Below, in pieces: positions 1-9,555 of a stretch of 64,000 nt of DNA. How positions within the stretch are numbered: position 1 is the first letter of the stretch; the number at the start of each line of letters is the position of its first letter. Origin of the DNA: Poseidonia sp. (GTDB taxonomy: Archaea; Thermoplasmatota; Poseidoniia; Poseidoniales; Poseidoniaceae); NCBI GenBank assembly GCA_038148515.1, contig JAYQVP010000002.1, positions 92,102-156,101 on the forward strand. The letters are read 5' to 3'. The notes beneath the pieces are model-generated. The model searched no databases. It saw only the letters and a list, made by a program, of their open reading frames with translations, and was not told the DNA's origin. The position numbers and the translations under genes were made by a program.

Positions 1-913
1 CAACGGGCATCAACACGGCTCCAACCATCAATCCACCGACCAGCAGCGGGACAGTCCAGGGCGGGAGAACAATGGTACGTTCTTCGGTGATGACCGTCAC
101 GTCCGCCACCACAACACCGTTGACCACACCTGCATCGTTGTCGTGGGCGTTGTCCCAGGCATCCACCACGAGGTAGAAATTTTCCCATTCGTCCTCTCCA
201 ATCCATGAACGATAGGTTTCTGGCCCGTCGAGTGCCACTGAAAACGTCACTTGATCTCGGTTCTCGTATTGATGGACGTCTCGGTACGGGGACCATCCAG
301 TGATGTCAAAACTTCGCCACTCGGGAGGAATATCGCTGAGCGTGCTATCTCCGTCAGAGAAACCCTCGTCCCACCAATACCACCCTCCGTGGATGGCTCT
401 GTAGACCTCTTCGTAGCGGCTGTACTGTGAGGAAGTCATCAGGTAGACGTCAGCATCAACAGGCGTGCTTACATTGTTCTCGATGGTGAGCAGGGTCACG
501 CAAAACGTTGTACGGTGTTGACTCGAGAGGTTGAAGCGGAGAGCACCAACGCTGTCGTTACCGATCTCCATAGTGATGTAATGGTTCGTGTTCAACTGTG
601 TGAGTAATGGTTCAGGCCATGTGCGGGTGTACATCCAAGACTCTTCGGGGTGCAACGCATCGTCCCAACCACCCCAACCACCGAACTTGTCGTCGTTTTC
701 AATGGCTTCATCCTCGGTCAACATCGGGTCTTCTGCCCACATCCACCCGCCGTTGTTGTCGAACGGGACCAGAGCGTGTCGCTGAACGGTGGTGTTCCAT
801 TTGGTGGTGCTGATCTCGCCCTCGCAACCGCTTGCAGCTTGGGCAGGGTGGACAAAGCCCGCACCACTCACAAGCGGCAAGAGGAGAAGGGCGACGACCA
901 CAAAATGACGCAT
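1..913 (-). CDS. Secreted/cell-surface hypothetical protein, 3'-partial (runs off the left edge)
   Basis: Hand translation of the minus strand (codon top positions congruent to 1 mod 3) gives an uninterrupted ORF from ATG at 913 with a clear signal peptide MRHFVVVALLLLPLVSGAGFVHPAQAAS. It is Trp/Gly-rich (GGWGGWDD, HGGWYWWDEGF) and has a hydrophobic C-proximal segment LPPWTVPLLVGGLMVGAVLMPV near positions 1-70. It is not in the ORF track because no stop codon lies inside the window. Confidence 0.6.
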   Translation of the reverse strand, partial: MRHFVVVALLLLPLVSGAGFVHPAQAASGCEGEISTTKWNTTVQRHALVPFDNNGGWMWAEDPMLTEDEAIENDDKFGGWGGWDDALHPEESWMYTRTWPEPLLTQLNTNHYITMEIGNDSVGALRFNLSSQHRTTFCVTLLTIENNVSTPVDADVYLMTSSQYSRYEEVYRAIHGGWYWWDEGFSDGDSTLSDIPPEWRSFDITGWSPYRDVHQYENRDQVTFSVALDGPETYRSWIGEDEWENFYLVVDAWDNAHDNDAGVVNGVVVADVTVITEERTIVLPPWTVPLLVGGLMVGAVLMPV

Positions 914-960
914 GATGGTACCTGTTACCACGGGCATGGTTGGGGGCTTTAGGACATTGC

Positions 961-3900
961 TCAACGACGACGAAGTGGGCGGACGTATCCGCTGTCGTCG
1001 CTGCGACGTTCTTCTTTGGACAGTATTTTTGGAGCAGGTGGTGGTTGGTGATGGTCCATACCAAGGAGACCTCCTTGTGTTTCAACGTGCTCGACATCGG
1101 TGTAGGTTTCAGCCGCTTCCTTGGCTTCCTCTTCGAGTTGGCTGGGTTCTCGCATCACCAACCAGCCCAAGATGAGCGCAACGACAATTAGCGCAACAAA
1201 GGTGGCCAATTCAGACCCTGCCTCAGCGAGCCAGGACTTCCATTCTTCAGCACTGAAATCCGAAAGAGAAGGGGGTCCCTCGGGCTCAGGGATCACTTCG
1301 ATGTCGGTCGCTCGTTGGTTGCACTGACCCATCCCGTCGCAGACCTCGACCAGCACAGTGTAGTATCCTGTCGCCTCCCATGTTGAGATGGCACGCACAG
1401 TCGACCCGGCGATGGGCAAGACCCAGTCGTCCCTCGGGTCGCCGTTCTCATTCTCATCAACATCGACGTCAAAATCCCAACGGACACTCAATTCAGTGCT
1501 GATTCGTTCATCCCTCTCCGAGATGGAACCATCCTCGACATCCAAGTCGCGATAAATTTCAGTGGCTGTTCCTGCTTCCTTGTCGTATACCTCGGCATCA
1601 AACGAGTTTGAAGAGCCAGCAAAAATGTTCTCGGGGACGAAGATATCCTTCACTTCAGGCGGGTGGTTCACAACCACTGTGTAGCTTGCTCGGCTCACAT
1701 CGCCTGTGCCGAAGGCATCCCGTACGGTGAGGGTGACGGTGTATGTTCCAGGCAACGTGTAGGCATGCCAAGGTGCTGCCCCGTGCGCTAACGGCGTTGC
1801 GTCCCCAAAGTCCCACGTGTATTGGACCAAGCCGTTCCATTCGGGAGATTCGACCTCAAAGGGCACGTATCTTCCTTCGAACTGCCGATCGCCATCTCGT
1901 GTCCCGCTGGTGTCAAAATACAGCAAGCGCCCGGGGGCCGTGACGACATCTCCGTTTTCGTTGAAGGTGTGAGACCATGCATCGGGTGTCGTTCCCTCGG
2001 GGAAGGCGGTGGAGGTGGTGATGATGGAGTCGTTGATCCAACCGTCGAGAATGCGAAGTTGGATGATTGGAAGGGGGTTGGCGATGCGAACCGTCATGAT
2101 GCGGGCGAAACTTTCCTCGCCTTGATTATCGGTGACGACCAAACGCACCGTGTGCTCCCCGGGCGTGGTGAACGTGTGTGTCATTTGCGGCCGGTCACCA
2201 AATGTCCCGTCGGAGAAGGTCCAGTTCCACACGGCGATGTCGGTTGAATCGCCAATCGGCCCGTCAGGGTCGCGGCTGTCAAGGCCGTCAAACACGTAGG
2301 CAGTATCGACTTCACCGTCCTCCTGACGGAAATCCACGTTCCGAGAGCCCATGGCCGACAACGTTCGTACGTCAAAGGTCGCATAGGGGAGTTGGTTTAG
2401 CACCACGACGTCGAGAACCGCCGTTGATTGACTACCGTCATCATCGGTGACTCGCAAGGTGACGGTTTTGTTGCCGGCCACATCCCAAGCCACCAGAGGG
2501 TTTGCAACGTTGCTGCTAACCGTCGAGAAGTCGTCGCTTCGCGTCGGCGTACCCGAGCCCAGTCGAACGCCGTCCGTGAAGGTCCATTCGTAGGCGACGA
2601 TGTCACCATCGTCATCCACAAACACATCGGGAAGGACCAACGTGGTGTACGTCATTGTGGTGAGGGTCTCGGTGAACACCTGAACAGGCAACCGATTGTT
2701 GATGGTGACGAGAATGGTTTTGATGCCCGTGTTGATGCCATCGGAAACCGAAAGCGTGAGGTTGAACGTGGCGTTTTCCCCGTCAATATCATCCCAAGCA
2801 TGCTGTTGAGCGTAGGCGCCGAGGCCACCGCTCGAGGTCCCGTCGCCCCAGTCCCACTGGAACGACAGATGCTCGATGGGGACATTATCAGCGGTTCGGC
2901 CTGCGGAGAACAGGATTCGCTGACCTGTGAGCAATGTGATGGCCTGATCGATGACCACATTGTTGACCGTGATGATGGGGACGGGGCTGGTTTGGTCCGT
3001 GATGTTCATGGCGTGGATTTGTGTTTCAGACCATGTGCCACCACGGTCTTTGACCCGCAAAGTAGCATTAAACTCACCCACCTCGGTGTATGGTCGGAGG
3101 GGGGACTTGAGGTTCGAGGAACCGTTGTCCCCGAAGACCCATGCGTAGGCCGTTGGGTTGTCGTAATAGGGCAAACTGTTGTTGGAGAGGGACAAGCCCC
3201 ACGCATCGAATCCACCGCCGACAAACTGAATGTTTTCCCATGTTTGGGCGATGTTGACCGAGACAGAACCGTTCGCAACTGGTTTCATGTTGTTGAGAAC
3301 CTGAGGCGATGTCTGCAAGGTGTCAACCACGTCGCCGAGCATGTCTTCCATGACCAATTCGAAGTTGTACTGGTCGTTGAGCGGAGCCGTGAAGTAAACA
3401 TCACTGCTCACGATACTCCCTCCTCCAGCAGAGATACGGTCCACGAGGGTGTCAACCACTTGGCCACTCCCATCACGTACATTTACCGTGACGTCCAAGT
3501 CCTCGAAGAAGGCGTTGGAAAGCACGCCGTAGTTGAGTTGAACCGTATCGTCCAATCCATCACCGTCGCGGTCCGACAAGGCGGTTGAGTTGAGCGACAG
3601 GGTGGCCGGGGACGTGATGCGTGCAGCCTCGATGTCAACAACGCCGGTAGGATACGAAGGGCCGCAGGAGGTGTAATCGCAGTCGGCGACAGTGCTCGCG
3701 TACCAAGTGATGACCCAGACTTCATTGGTCAAGTTGCCAAAGCCGGGCACCAACCCTGTGGCGACGTTGTTCACGAACTTCAGGTGACTGACGGACAGCA
3801 GGCCGTCGGAGGCAGCCTTGGTGACGATGACGCCTTCAAATTGGCTCTTATCGGCTGTCAGTCGGAGGGTGAGCGGAGCAGGGGAAGCGCTTCCGGGCGT

Positions 3901-5175
3901 GAATTTGAACGAGCGAATACCCCAGCCTTCGAGGGTGTTGCCCGTGGAGGACCACGGTGCGGACCAATCGCTGTTGGTTTCGGTGGGCTGGGCTGCACAA
4001 AACGCACCTCCAGTGCAAACGGGGTTCAGGTTAAGATTCGGGAATCCATAGATGCCTTGATCGGAGTCAAGGGTCGCAGCGATGCTGAAATTGGCAAAAA
4101 TCTCGTTCATAGTGCGGCCCAGCAAGCCCACCTGTCCGGCTTGAGGGGACAAAGCAAGGTTTTCCACGCCGCGACCGCCAGTGGCTGAGTCTTGCACGAG
4201 CTGACGAACGGCTGGCCCTCCGCCAAGGTGTTCGGCGAGGTACATCGTGAACATGTAGCCGGCGCCGTAGTCGGCGATGCGCTGATTCCACCAACGGACG
4301 GATTGCTCGGGTGACCCCGTCCATGCGTTGACGTGACCCGTCAGGGTGGAGTCGGCTCCAAAGCACAGGTAGATGGCGACATCGGCGTTGCCCTCATCGA
4401 TCCAGAGATTTTCGTAGGGATCCAGAGCGTTGTGCAACAGGTGCTCGAGTTCGTGTGCGAGAATGGATTTGCCCCAGCTCAAGGTAATGTCGGCGAAGTC
4501 AACAAACACGGCTTCCCGGGAACTCGAGAACGAGGGGGCAAAGTAGCCGCCGGTGTTGTAGGCACCATCAATATCGTAAATGATGATTTGAACCTGACAG
4601 TTGTTATCGACATCGGGCGGTGCCAAACCACGACCGTCTTGGTAGTCCTTGCCGTAGTATGTGGTCATGGTAGGGTAGATGGTAGAATCCCATGTGCTTG
4701 CGAGGTTGTTGAGGACCGTGGAGGAGAGGGTGCGCCCGCTCTGTACAATGAACGCCACGGAGGTGGTCGTCTTGGCAACATAGGCCGAAATTTGCCCGCC
4801 TGCCGTGTTGACGTTGAGGTTGTCGCCAACGGAATGCGGGGTGCAAGCGCGCCCTGACGAACGGCCCATCGAGGGTTCGATGACCATGGAATCCACACCA
4901 GGTCGACCGGCATCGATCCACGCTTGACGCATGAACTGTGTGGCCGAAACAACGGGTTCATCCTCATGAATAAACAAATACTCACTTCCTGTGCTGGGGT
5001 CGAAATTATCGAGATCACCAATGACGATGCCACCAGCGTTGTAGGGTGGGGTTGCGTCCGTTGTATCGTCCGTGGCAAGGGCGGTGCTGCTCAAGAACGG
5101 CGAAAAAGAGGCAAAGGCCATCAATAGCACCAAGGTCAATGCAAAACTAGAGCGCCGTTCCGACATGTCAATCAC
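961..5175 (-). CDS. Giant cell-surface zinc metalloprotease with multiple PKD-like domains, N-terminal signal peptide and C-terminal TM anchor plus acidic tail
   Basis: 1404-aa ORF with signal peptide MIDMSERRSSFALTLVLLMAFASFSPFLSSTALA. HExxH zinc-binding motif in ILAHELEHLLHNALDPYENLWIDEGNADV. Repeated WDFGDG / WDWGDG / WNWTFSDG PKD-like motifs. C-terminal TM helix VALIVVALILGWLV followed by an acidic, charged tail. Confidence 0.8.
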   Translation of the reverse strand: MIDMSERRSSFALTLVLLMAFASFSPFLSSTALATDDTTDATPPYNAGGIVIGDLDNFDPSTGSEYLFIHEDEPVVSATQFMRQAWIDAGRPGVDSMVIEPSMGRSSGRACTPHSVGDNLNVNTAGGQISAYVAKTTTSVAFIVQSGRTLSSTVLNNLASTWDSTIYPTMTTYYGKDYQDGRGLAPPDVDNNCQVQIIIYDIDGAYNTGGYFAPSFSSSREAVFVDFADITLSWGKSILAHELEHLLHNALDPYENLWIDEGNADVAIYLCFGADSTLTGHVNAWTGSPEQSVRWWNQRIADYGAGYMFTMYLAEHLGGGPAVRQLVQDSATGGRGVENLALSPQAGQVGLLGRTMNEIFANFSIAATLDSDQGIYGFPNLNLNPVCTGGAFCAAQPTETNSDWSAPWSSTGNTLEGWGIRSFKFTPGSASPAPLTLRLTADKSQFEGVIVTKAASDGLLSVSHLKFVNNVATGLVPGFGNLTNEVWVITWYASTVADCDYTSCGPSYPTGVVDIEAARITSPATLSLNSTALSDRDGDGLDDTVQLNYGVLSNAFFEDLDVTVNVRDGSGQVVDTLVDRISAGGGSIVSSDVYFTAPLNDQYNFELVMEDMLGDVVDTLQTSPQVLNNMKPVANGSVSVNIAQTWENIQFVGGGFDAWGLSLSNNSLPYYDNPTAYAWVFGDNGSSNLKSPLRPYTEVGEFNATLRVKDRGGTWSETQIHAMNITDQTSPVPIITVNNVVIDQAITLLTGQRILFSAGRTADNVPIEHLSFQWDWGDGTSSGGLGAYAQQHAWDDIDGENATFNLTLSVSDGINTGIKTILVTINNRLPVQVFTETLTTMTYTTLVLPDVFVDDDGDIVAYEWTFTDGVRLGSGTPTRSDDFSTVSSNVANPLVAWDVAGNKTVTLRVTDDDGSQSTAVLDVVVLNQLPYATFDVRTLSAMGSRNVDFRQEDGEVDTAYVFDGLDSRDPDGPIGDSTDIAVWNWTFSDGTFGDRPQMTHTFTTPGEHTVRLVVTDNQGEESFARIMTVRIANPLPIIQLRILDGWINDSIITTSTAFPEGTTPDAWSHTFNENGDVVTAPGRLLYFDTSGTRDGDRQFEGRYVPFEVESPEWNGLVQYTWDFGDATPLAHGAAPWHAYTLPGTYTVTLTVRDAFGTGDVSRASYTVVVNHPPEVKDIFVPENIFAGSSNSFDAEVYDKEAGTATEIYRDLDVEDGSISERDERISTELSVRWDFDVDVDENENGDPRDDWVLPIAGSTVRAISTWEATGYYTVLVEVCDGMGQCNQRATDIEVIPEPEGPPSLSDFSAEEWKSWLAEAGSELATFVALIVVALILGWLVMREPSQLEEEAKEAAETYTDVEHVETQGGLLGMDHHQPPPAPKILSKEERRSDDSGYVRPLRRR

Positions 5176-5223
5176 CGGGAAGAATCGTGAGACTGATTCC
5201 CATTTTTGCGAAGCGCAAGGAGG

Positions 5224-5230
5224 TATTTAA
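5224..5230 (+). promoter_or_regulatory. Putative archaeal TATA box (TATTTAA) for the M28 peptidase gene, implying a leaderless transcript
   Basis: TATTTAA lies 24-30 nt upstream of the ATG at 5254. The annotated ORF start at 5206 would place the TATA box inside the gene, so the internal start is preferred. Confidence 0.3.
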
Positions 5231-5253
5231 GAGTCCGTGGTTACGGCATCACG

Positions 5254-6432
5254 ATGCATCACCGCAGCGCTGTCGCCATTACCGTCGGCTGCATCGTGAT
5301 GCTGGTTGCTCTTTCCAGCCTTCAATTCGTCTCAGCAAGGACCCACGGTCAATGGACCCCCGATGCGATATGTACGTCCCTGGACGACCTCGCATTCAAC
5401 GGAACACGGGCGAACGAATCCGTGCAGTGGCAGGTCAGTCTCGGCCCCCGGCTTCCCGGTTCAAACGCCTCTGGGATGTTGCGAGACACCATCACCTCCA
5501 CTCTGCTGTCGGCGGGGTGGCACGTCGAAGAACAAAGCCACGAACGGCACGGGATGGTCCTCACGAACCTCTTCGCTCGTTGGAACGGCTCCGACGCAGA
5601 CGGAGGACAAGTGGTGATGTCAGCCCACTACGACTCCCGAAACATCGCCGATCAGGACAACAATGTCTCCAATCGGAGTTTGCCGGTGCCCGGGGCTAAC
5701 GATGCAGCCAGCGGCACAGCCGTACTGATCGAACTCGCCCGATGGATACCAAGCATGAACCTCAGCCACGATGTCGTGTTGTTTTGGAATGACGCCGAAG
5801 ACCAAAATGACAACTACACTGTTGGTGCAGAAGCATGGGCGTCCAACCTCTCGGAGAACGACATCAACAACACCCACGCCTTTGTTCTCCTTGACATGGT
5901 GGGCGACGCAGACCTGCAATTGAAGAACATCAATCCAGGAAATGAAACCCTCAAGCAGAGAATGGTGACATTGGGCGGTGCTTTGGGGTTGGTCAACGGC
6001 ACGGAGGCCTGCGACGGCAGTATTGGATTGGACGTCATGCAGTACAACGATGAAGTTGGTGTGTTGGACGATCATATCCACGCCCACCGCTTGAACATTC
6101 CAAGCATTGATATCATGGACCCGGAATACGGAGATGCCAAATTCGGTACGTTTGGCACCCACTGGCACACCATGGAAGACACACCGGACAAAGTCAGTGC
6201 GACCAGTCTAAGCCAGGTCGGAAGGCTGGTAGAGGCTGGGTTGATCACCGGGGCCTTTGTGCTCGAAGGAGACTATACATCCACTATCGATAACGATCCA
6301 ATCAACACCACCAACAACTCGAATAACGAGGCGGGACCCTTGGGAGGGAATGTCGCTCTCGCCGGTCTTGCTTTTGTCTCGTTGCTGACGGTGCTGGCGT
6401 TGTTGGTCATCGCAGAATGGAAGCGACACTGA
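5254..6432 (+). CDS. M28-family zinc peptidase (aminopeptidase / glutaminyl-cyclase-like), membrane anchored
   Basis: M28 motifs VVMSAHYDSRN, GANDAASGTAVLIELARW and VLLDMVGD. N-terminal TM/signal AVAITVGCIVMLVALSSLQFVSA and C-terminal TM LAGLAFVSLLTVLALLVIA. The ORF-track start at 5206 is probably too far upstream. Confidence 0.75.
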   Translation: MHHRSAVAITVGCIVMLVALSSLQFVSARTHGQWTPDAICTSLDDLAFNGTRANESVQWQVSLGPRLPGSNASGMLRDTITSTLLSAGWHVEEQSHERHGMVLTNLFARWNGSDADGGQVVMSAHYDSRNIADQDNNVSNRSLPVPGANDAASGTAVLIELARWIPSMNLSHDVVLFWNDAEDQNDNYTVGAEAWASNLSENDINNTHAFVLLDMVGDADLQLKNINPGNETLKQRMVTLGGALGLVNGTEACDGSIGLDVMQYNDEVGVLDDHIHAHRLNIPSIDIMDPEYGDAKFGTFGTHWHTMEDTPDKVSATSLSQVGRLVEAGLITGAFVLEGDYTSTIDNDPINTTNNSNNEAGPLGGNVALAGLAFVSLLTVLALLVIAEWKRH

Positions 6433-6504
6433 CCGACTCCGTGCGCGGCTTGGAAGGGAAGGGGTATTATCCGCGCACGAAGTGGAAGACACGAGGGGAA
6501 GCAC

Positions 6505-7362
6505 TTGGACGACGACCGGATGCGCCGCATGGAAGCGTTGAGGGCCAGGGTCAAAGCCAAGAAACAGGAAGGGGCCTTGCCGGTGGAACCCAGCGAACTG
6601 GTTGTGACCCCCCAAGATGTGGTTGACGCCGATGACAGCCTCGGCGTAAGCAATGATGCCGCTTGGTTGGAGATGTTGGACCGGGATGCTGACAGGTGGC
6701 GGAAGCTTGCTGCCGCACTCATCTTGGTTGGAAGTATTCTCGGCGCCATCAGCGGCCTGCTCATCCTTCAGGGAAACCCGAGCGAGTTGCTGAACACCTC
6801 GTTATTTGCCGAACGCGAGGCGGTGGATATCTCGGGCTCGGCCCTCGAGGATGTTGAGGGCCACGGGGTTGAACTGGTGACGGTTGAACTTCTTGAAGGT
6901 GAGACAAGAGCCCTTTTGCAGACCACGACCACCGACCGCTTCGGGCATTTTACCCTCAAGAATCTGAGCCAAGAAACCCACATCATCGTCTTCTCCAAAG
7001 AAGGCTATGAAACCGTGGAGCGCACCTTCATACCGGATGGTGTTGGTTTGGACCCGGTCACCATGAAACAAGGCGAAGGAATTCGGTACGAACAAGACGA
7101 AGACGCTGACAGCGGCTGGACGTTGGACAACGCAGTCGGCCTCTCCACGGCAATCGGTTTGGTGACGCTCATCGCAGCAGGTATGGGCGTGCAGGCTAGC
7201 ATTGAATCGAGGCGAGGGCGGCATTATCGACGCAGCCAATACTTGGCTGGGTTTGCACTTTTCAGCCGCGGGCTCATCATCATCGGGCCTGCGTTCATCC
7301 TGTTCGGGATGATCCTCAACGTAGTTGCTCGCGAAGACTTCGAAGACCAACGCGAGGATTGA
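6505..7362 (+). CDS. Membrane protein with a carboxypeptidase-regulatory-like beta-sandwich domain
   Basis: TM segment ALILVGSILGAISGLLIL. Segment VELVTVELLEGETRALLQTTTTDRFGHFTLKNLSQETHIIVFSKEGYETVERTF resembles a CarboxypepD_reg fold. Two C-terminal TM helices. Confidence 0.5.
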   Translation: MDDDRMRRMEALRARVKAKKQEGALPVEPSELVVTPQDVVDADDSLGVSNDAAWLEMLDRDADRWRKLAAALILVGSILGAISGLLILQGNPSELLNTSLFAEREAVDISGSALEDVEGHGVELVTVELLEGETRALLQTTTTDRFGHFTLKNLSQETHIIVFSKEGYETVERTFIPDGVGLDPVTMKQGEGIRYEQDEDADSGWTLDNAVGLSTAIGLVTLIAAGMGVQASIESRRGRHYRRSQYLAGFALFSRGLIIIGPAFILFGMILNVVAREDFEDQRED

Positions 7363-8732
7363 CCATGTACCTCATCTCGGTTGAAGGCGGCGATGGCTCC
7401 GGCAAGGGCGAAGCTGCTCGACTGTTGGGTGAACTGTTGGCGGAATTTCCCTTTCCGGACGTGGTGATGACGCACGAGCCTCGCCGCCACAGCGAACTGG
7501 GAAAACTGGCTTTGGCATCAGTCAAATTAGGGAATAAAACACCTCTGGAAGAGGCAGGCCTCTTTGCCGCCGACCGATTAGACCATTCCCACACCTTCAT
7601 CCGGCCCCACCTCGCCACAGGGTCAGTGGTCGTATCCGACCGAAACATTCACTCTTCTATCATCTACCAAGGCGTCGTCGGTGAGTTGGGCATCGAGAAC
7701 GTGGCAGCCATGAACGCCGCGGCGATGGTGCCCGACCTGGTGTTTTGGATCGATTGCGATCCCGAGAAAGCCATGAAACGAATTCAATCCGGCACCTTGA
7801 GAATGACGAGTCAAAAGCAAGAATATTTCGAAACCGAAGAAATTCAAACCACAATTCGCCAAGGATTTCACGACTTGTTTGCACAGGGACGAACCCTCCC
7901 TCCACCGTTTCATCAATGCAACGTTGTGGGCCCTATCATGAACGAAGGGGGTTTGGACGAACTCAAGTCGGTATTGCGCAAGGAATTACGCCGCTTTTTC
8001 AATCGCAAGCCCGACCCACTCAATGTCGACATGGACGAAGTCGACCGCCACCTGCTCAACGACTTGGTTCATGATGTGAAGAAACAGCGGCGTTTACCCG
8101 GCGCCCCCCAAGAGCGAACGGCCATTCACGTTGGATGGCTGGGTGGGAAATCTCCCGCAGCATGGATGGAGGATGCTGAAGCCAACTGGCCCGAGAACTC
8201 CGCTCAGGACCACGATGTTCCGACATCGCCCATGGCCCATTCATGCTGGTCCATTCTAGGAACGATGTCGTTGATGGTGGGCTCGTGTGAAGTGCCAAGT
8301 TTGCACACCGCATTGGGCCCTGTTCGGATGGTGACCCGTCGTCATACACAACGGCTCATCAAATGGCTGCTGGCCGAACATTGGGTGCACAAACAACAGC
8401 ACCACACGCCCTTTGCCGACGCACAGGTATTCAAACTACGAGAAGAGCGAGTGGGCTTCGGGCGCCTGGCGCTCGCCCTGTGGCCACTCCGCTCCGCCTT
8501 GGCCTCCTGGCGACGCGCCAATCCGACCTCCCCATGGAGCGAAGCACTCAGCGACATCTTCGGGTTGGATGGTGACCGCCCGCTCAGCCCTGCGTTGGCA
8601 AAAGCGGTCAACGACGTCCACGAACGACTCACCATCTTAACCAGCGGTCATGAGGGTTGCCCCGTGCCTTCCAACGCCGCAGAACTTGACGTTTGGTGGT
8701 CGATGGACCCACCTGCTCATTCATCCTCATGA
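7359..8732 (+). CDS. Thymidylate-kinase-like protein with a ~250-aa C-terminal extension of unknown function
   Basis: The N-terminal ~200 aa matches the dTMP kinase fold (YLISVEGGDGSGKGEAARLL ... VVSDRNIHSSIIYQG ... LVFWIDCDPEKAMKRI), but the P-loop reads GDGSGKGE with no Ser/Thr after the Lys. ATGA overlap with the upstream gene. Confidence 0.6.
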   Translation: MTMYLISVEGGDGSGKGEAARLLGELLAEFPFPDVVMTHEPRRHSELGKLALASVKLGNKTPLEEAGLFAADRLDHSHTFIRPHLATGSVVVSDRNIHSSIIYQGVVGELGIENVAAMNAAAMVPDLVFWIDCDPEKAMKRIQSGTLRMTSQKQEYFETEEIQTTIRQGFHDLFAQGRTLPPPFHQCNVVGPIMNEGGLDELKSVLRKELRRFFNRKPDPLNVDMDEVDRHLLNDLVHDVKKQRRLPGAPQERTAIHVGWLGGKSPAAWMEDAEANWPENSAQDHDVPTSPMAHSCWSILGTMSLMVGSCEVPSLHTALGPVRMVTRRHTQRLIKWLLAEHWVHKQQHHTPFADAQVFKLREERVGFGRLALALWPLRSALASWRRANPTSPWSEALSDIFGLDGDRPLSPALAKAVNDVHERLTILTSGHEGCPVPSNAAELDVWWSMDPPAHSSS

Positions 8733-9478
8733 TCTTTGGTCGCCAGCATGAAACGAGCATTTCCCGGTAAAAGCACGCTCTGAGCGCCGGAGAAAGCAGC
8801 CGCATTGGCCGAATACATTGAACACATCAAGATGGCCAATCCAAAACCAAAGGGTATGCCCGTCAGCACACGCTTCATGTTGTTCGATTCGTAAGGTGTG
8901 AGCAGTTGCAGGAAGCCGTCCAATATCAACGGCATGCACAGCAGCAACCCCGTCCCGAACCAAAGCAGTGTTCTCCGGTTGTTGGCGTAGACGGTGTGCA
9001 ACGACGATTCCGGAAACAGGGAAAGGCACGTGTCACGAACGGTCCATCGGTTCCAACCTCTCCTCGAGAACACGAAACCGCCGACAAATAGCCCCGCGAA
9101 AATCCCGATATCCCGGGTGCATACAGGAAGTTGGTTATCGTTGACTTCCCATGAACGCTCATGTTTTTGGTGGCAGTTCAGATCGCCGAAACCATACGAG
9201 AATGCAGCGTAGGGATTGAGTTCCGACCACACCAGTGTCCCGTGCGCGTGAACCTCCCCCTCGTGTTCATGAACCGAGGGTTGGTTGCCGTGCGACCCCC
9301 ATTCTTCATCGCTGAAAAAATCGATGGCGTTCGCTCGACCTTCAAGTTGCTGCACCGTGCCCGCCGGGATCGTGAGGGGGGCGAGAAAAAACGAGGCGAG
9401 AAGAAACCCGGTGACGCCCATCACCCACGCCCCAACCTTCGCTTCCCGCGTGCGGTTGGGCAAGCCGTTTCGCTCCAT
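8717..9478 (-). CDS. DUF2085-family membrane protein
   Basis: Motifs GDLNCHQKHERSW and CTRDIGIF typical of DUF2085, with several TM helices. Start taken at the internal Met (MERNG) because the 9568 start would overlap the divergent gene at 9556. Confidence 0.55.
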   Translation of the reverse strand: MERNGLPNRTREAKVGAWVMGVTGFLLASFFLAPLTIPAGTVQQLEGRANAIDFFSDEEWGSHGNQPSVHEHEGEVHAHGTLVWSELNPYAAFSYGFGDLNCHQKHERSWEVNDNQLPVCTRDIGIFAGLFVGGFVFSRRGWNRWTVRDTCLSLFPESSLHTVYANNRRTLLWFGTGLLLCMPLILDGFLQLLTPYESNNMKRVLTGIPFGFGLAILMCSMYSANAAAFSGAQSVLLPGNARFMLATKDHEDE

Positions 9479-9555
9479 GTCACGGTGAGAGTGGAAGCGG
9501 TTTATGGCTCCATTGACCCGGAAACGGTTGAAGGGGCAAACCCCTCCGCCGGTCC

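Noticed and set aside
2428-3588. 386-aa plus-strand ORF inside the 961..5175 surface protease gene
   Set aside because: It is antisense to a gene with strong domain evidence. It is Arg/Val/Gly-rich, a composition typical of frame artefacts in high-GC DNA, and it has no recognisable motifs.
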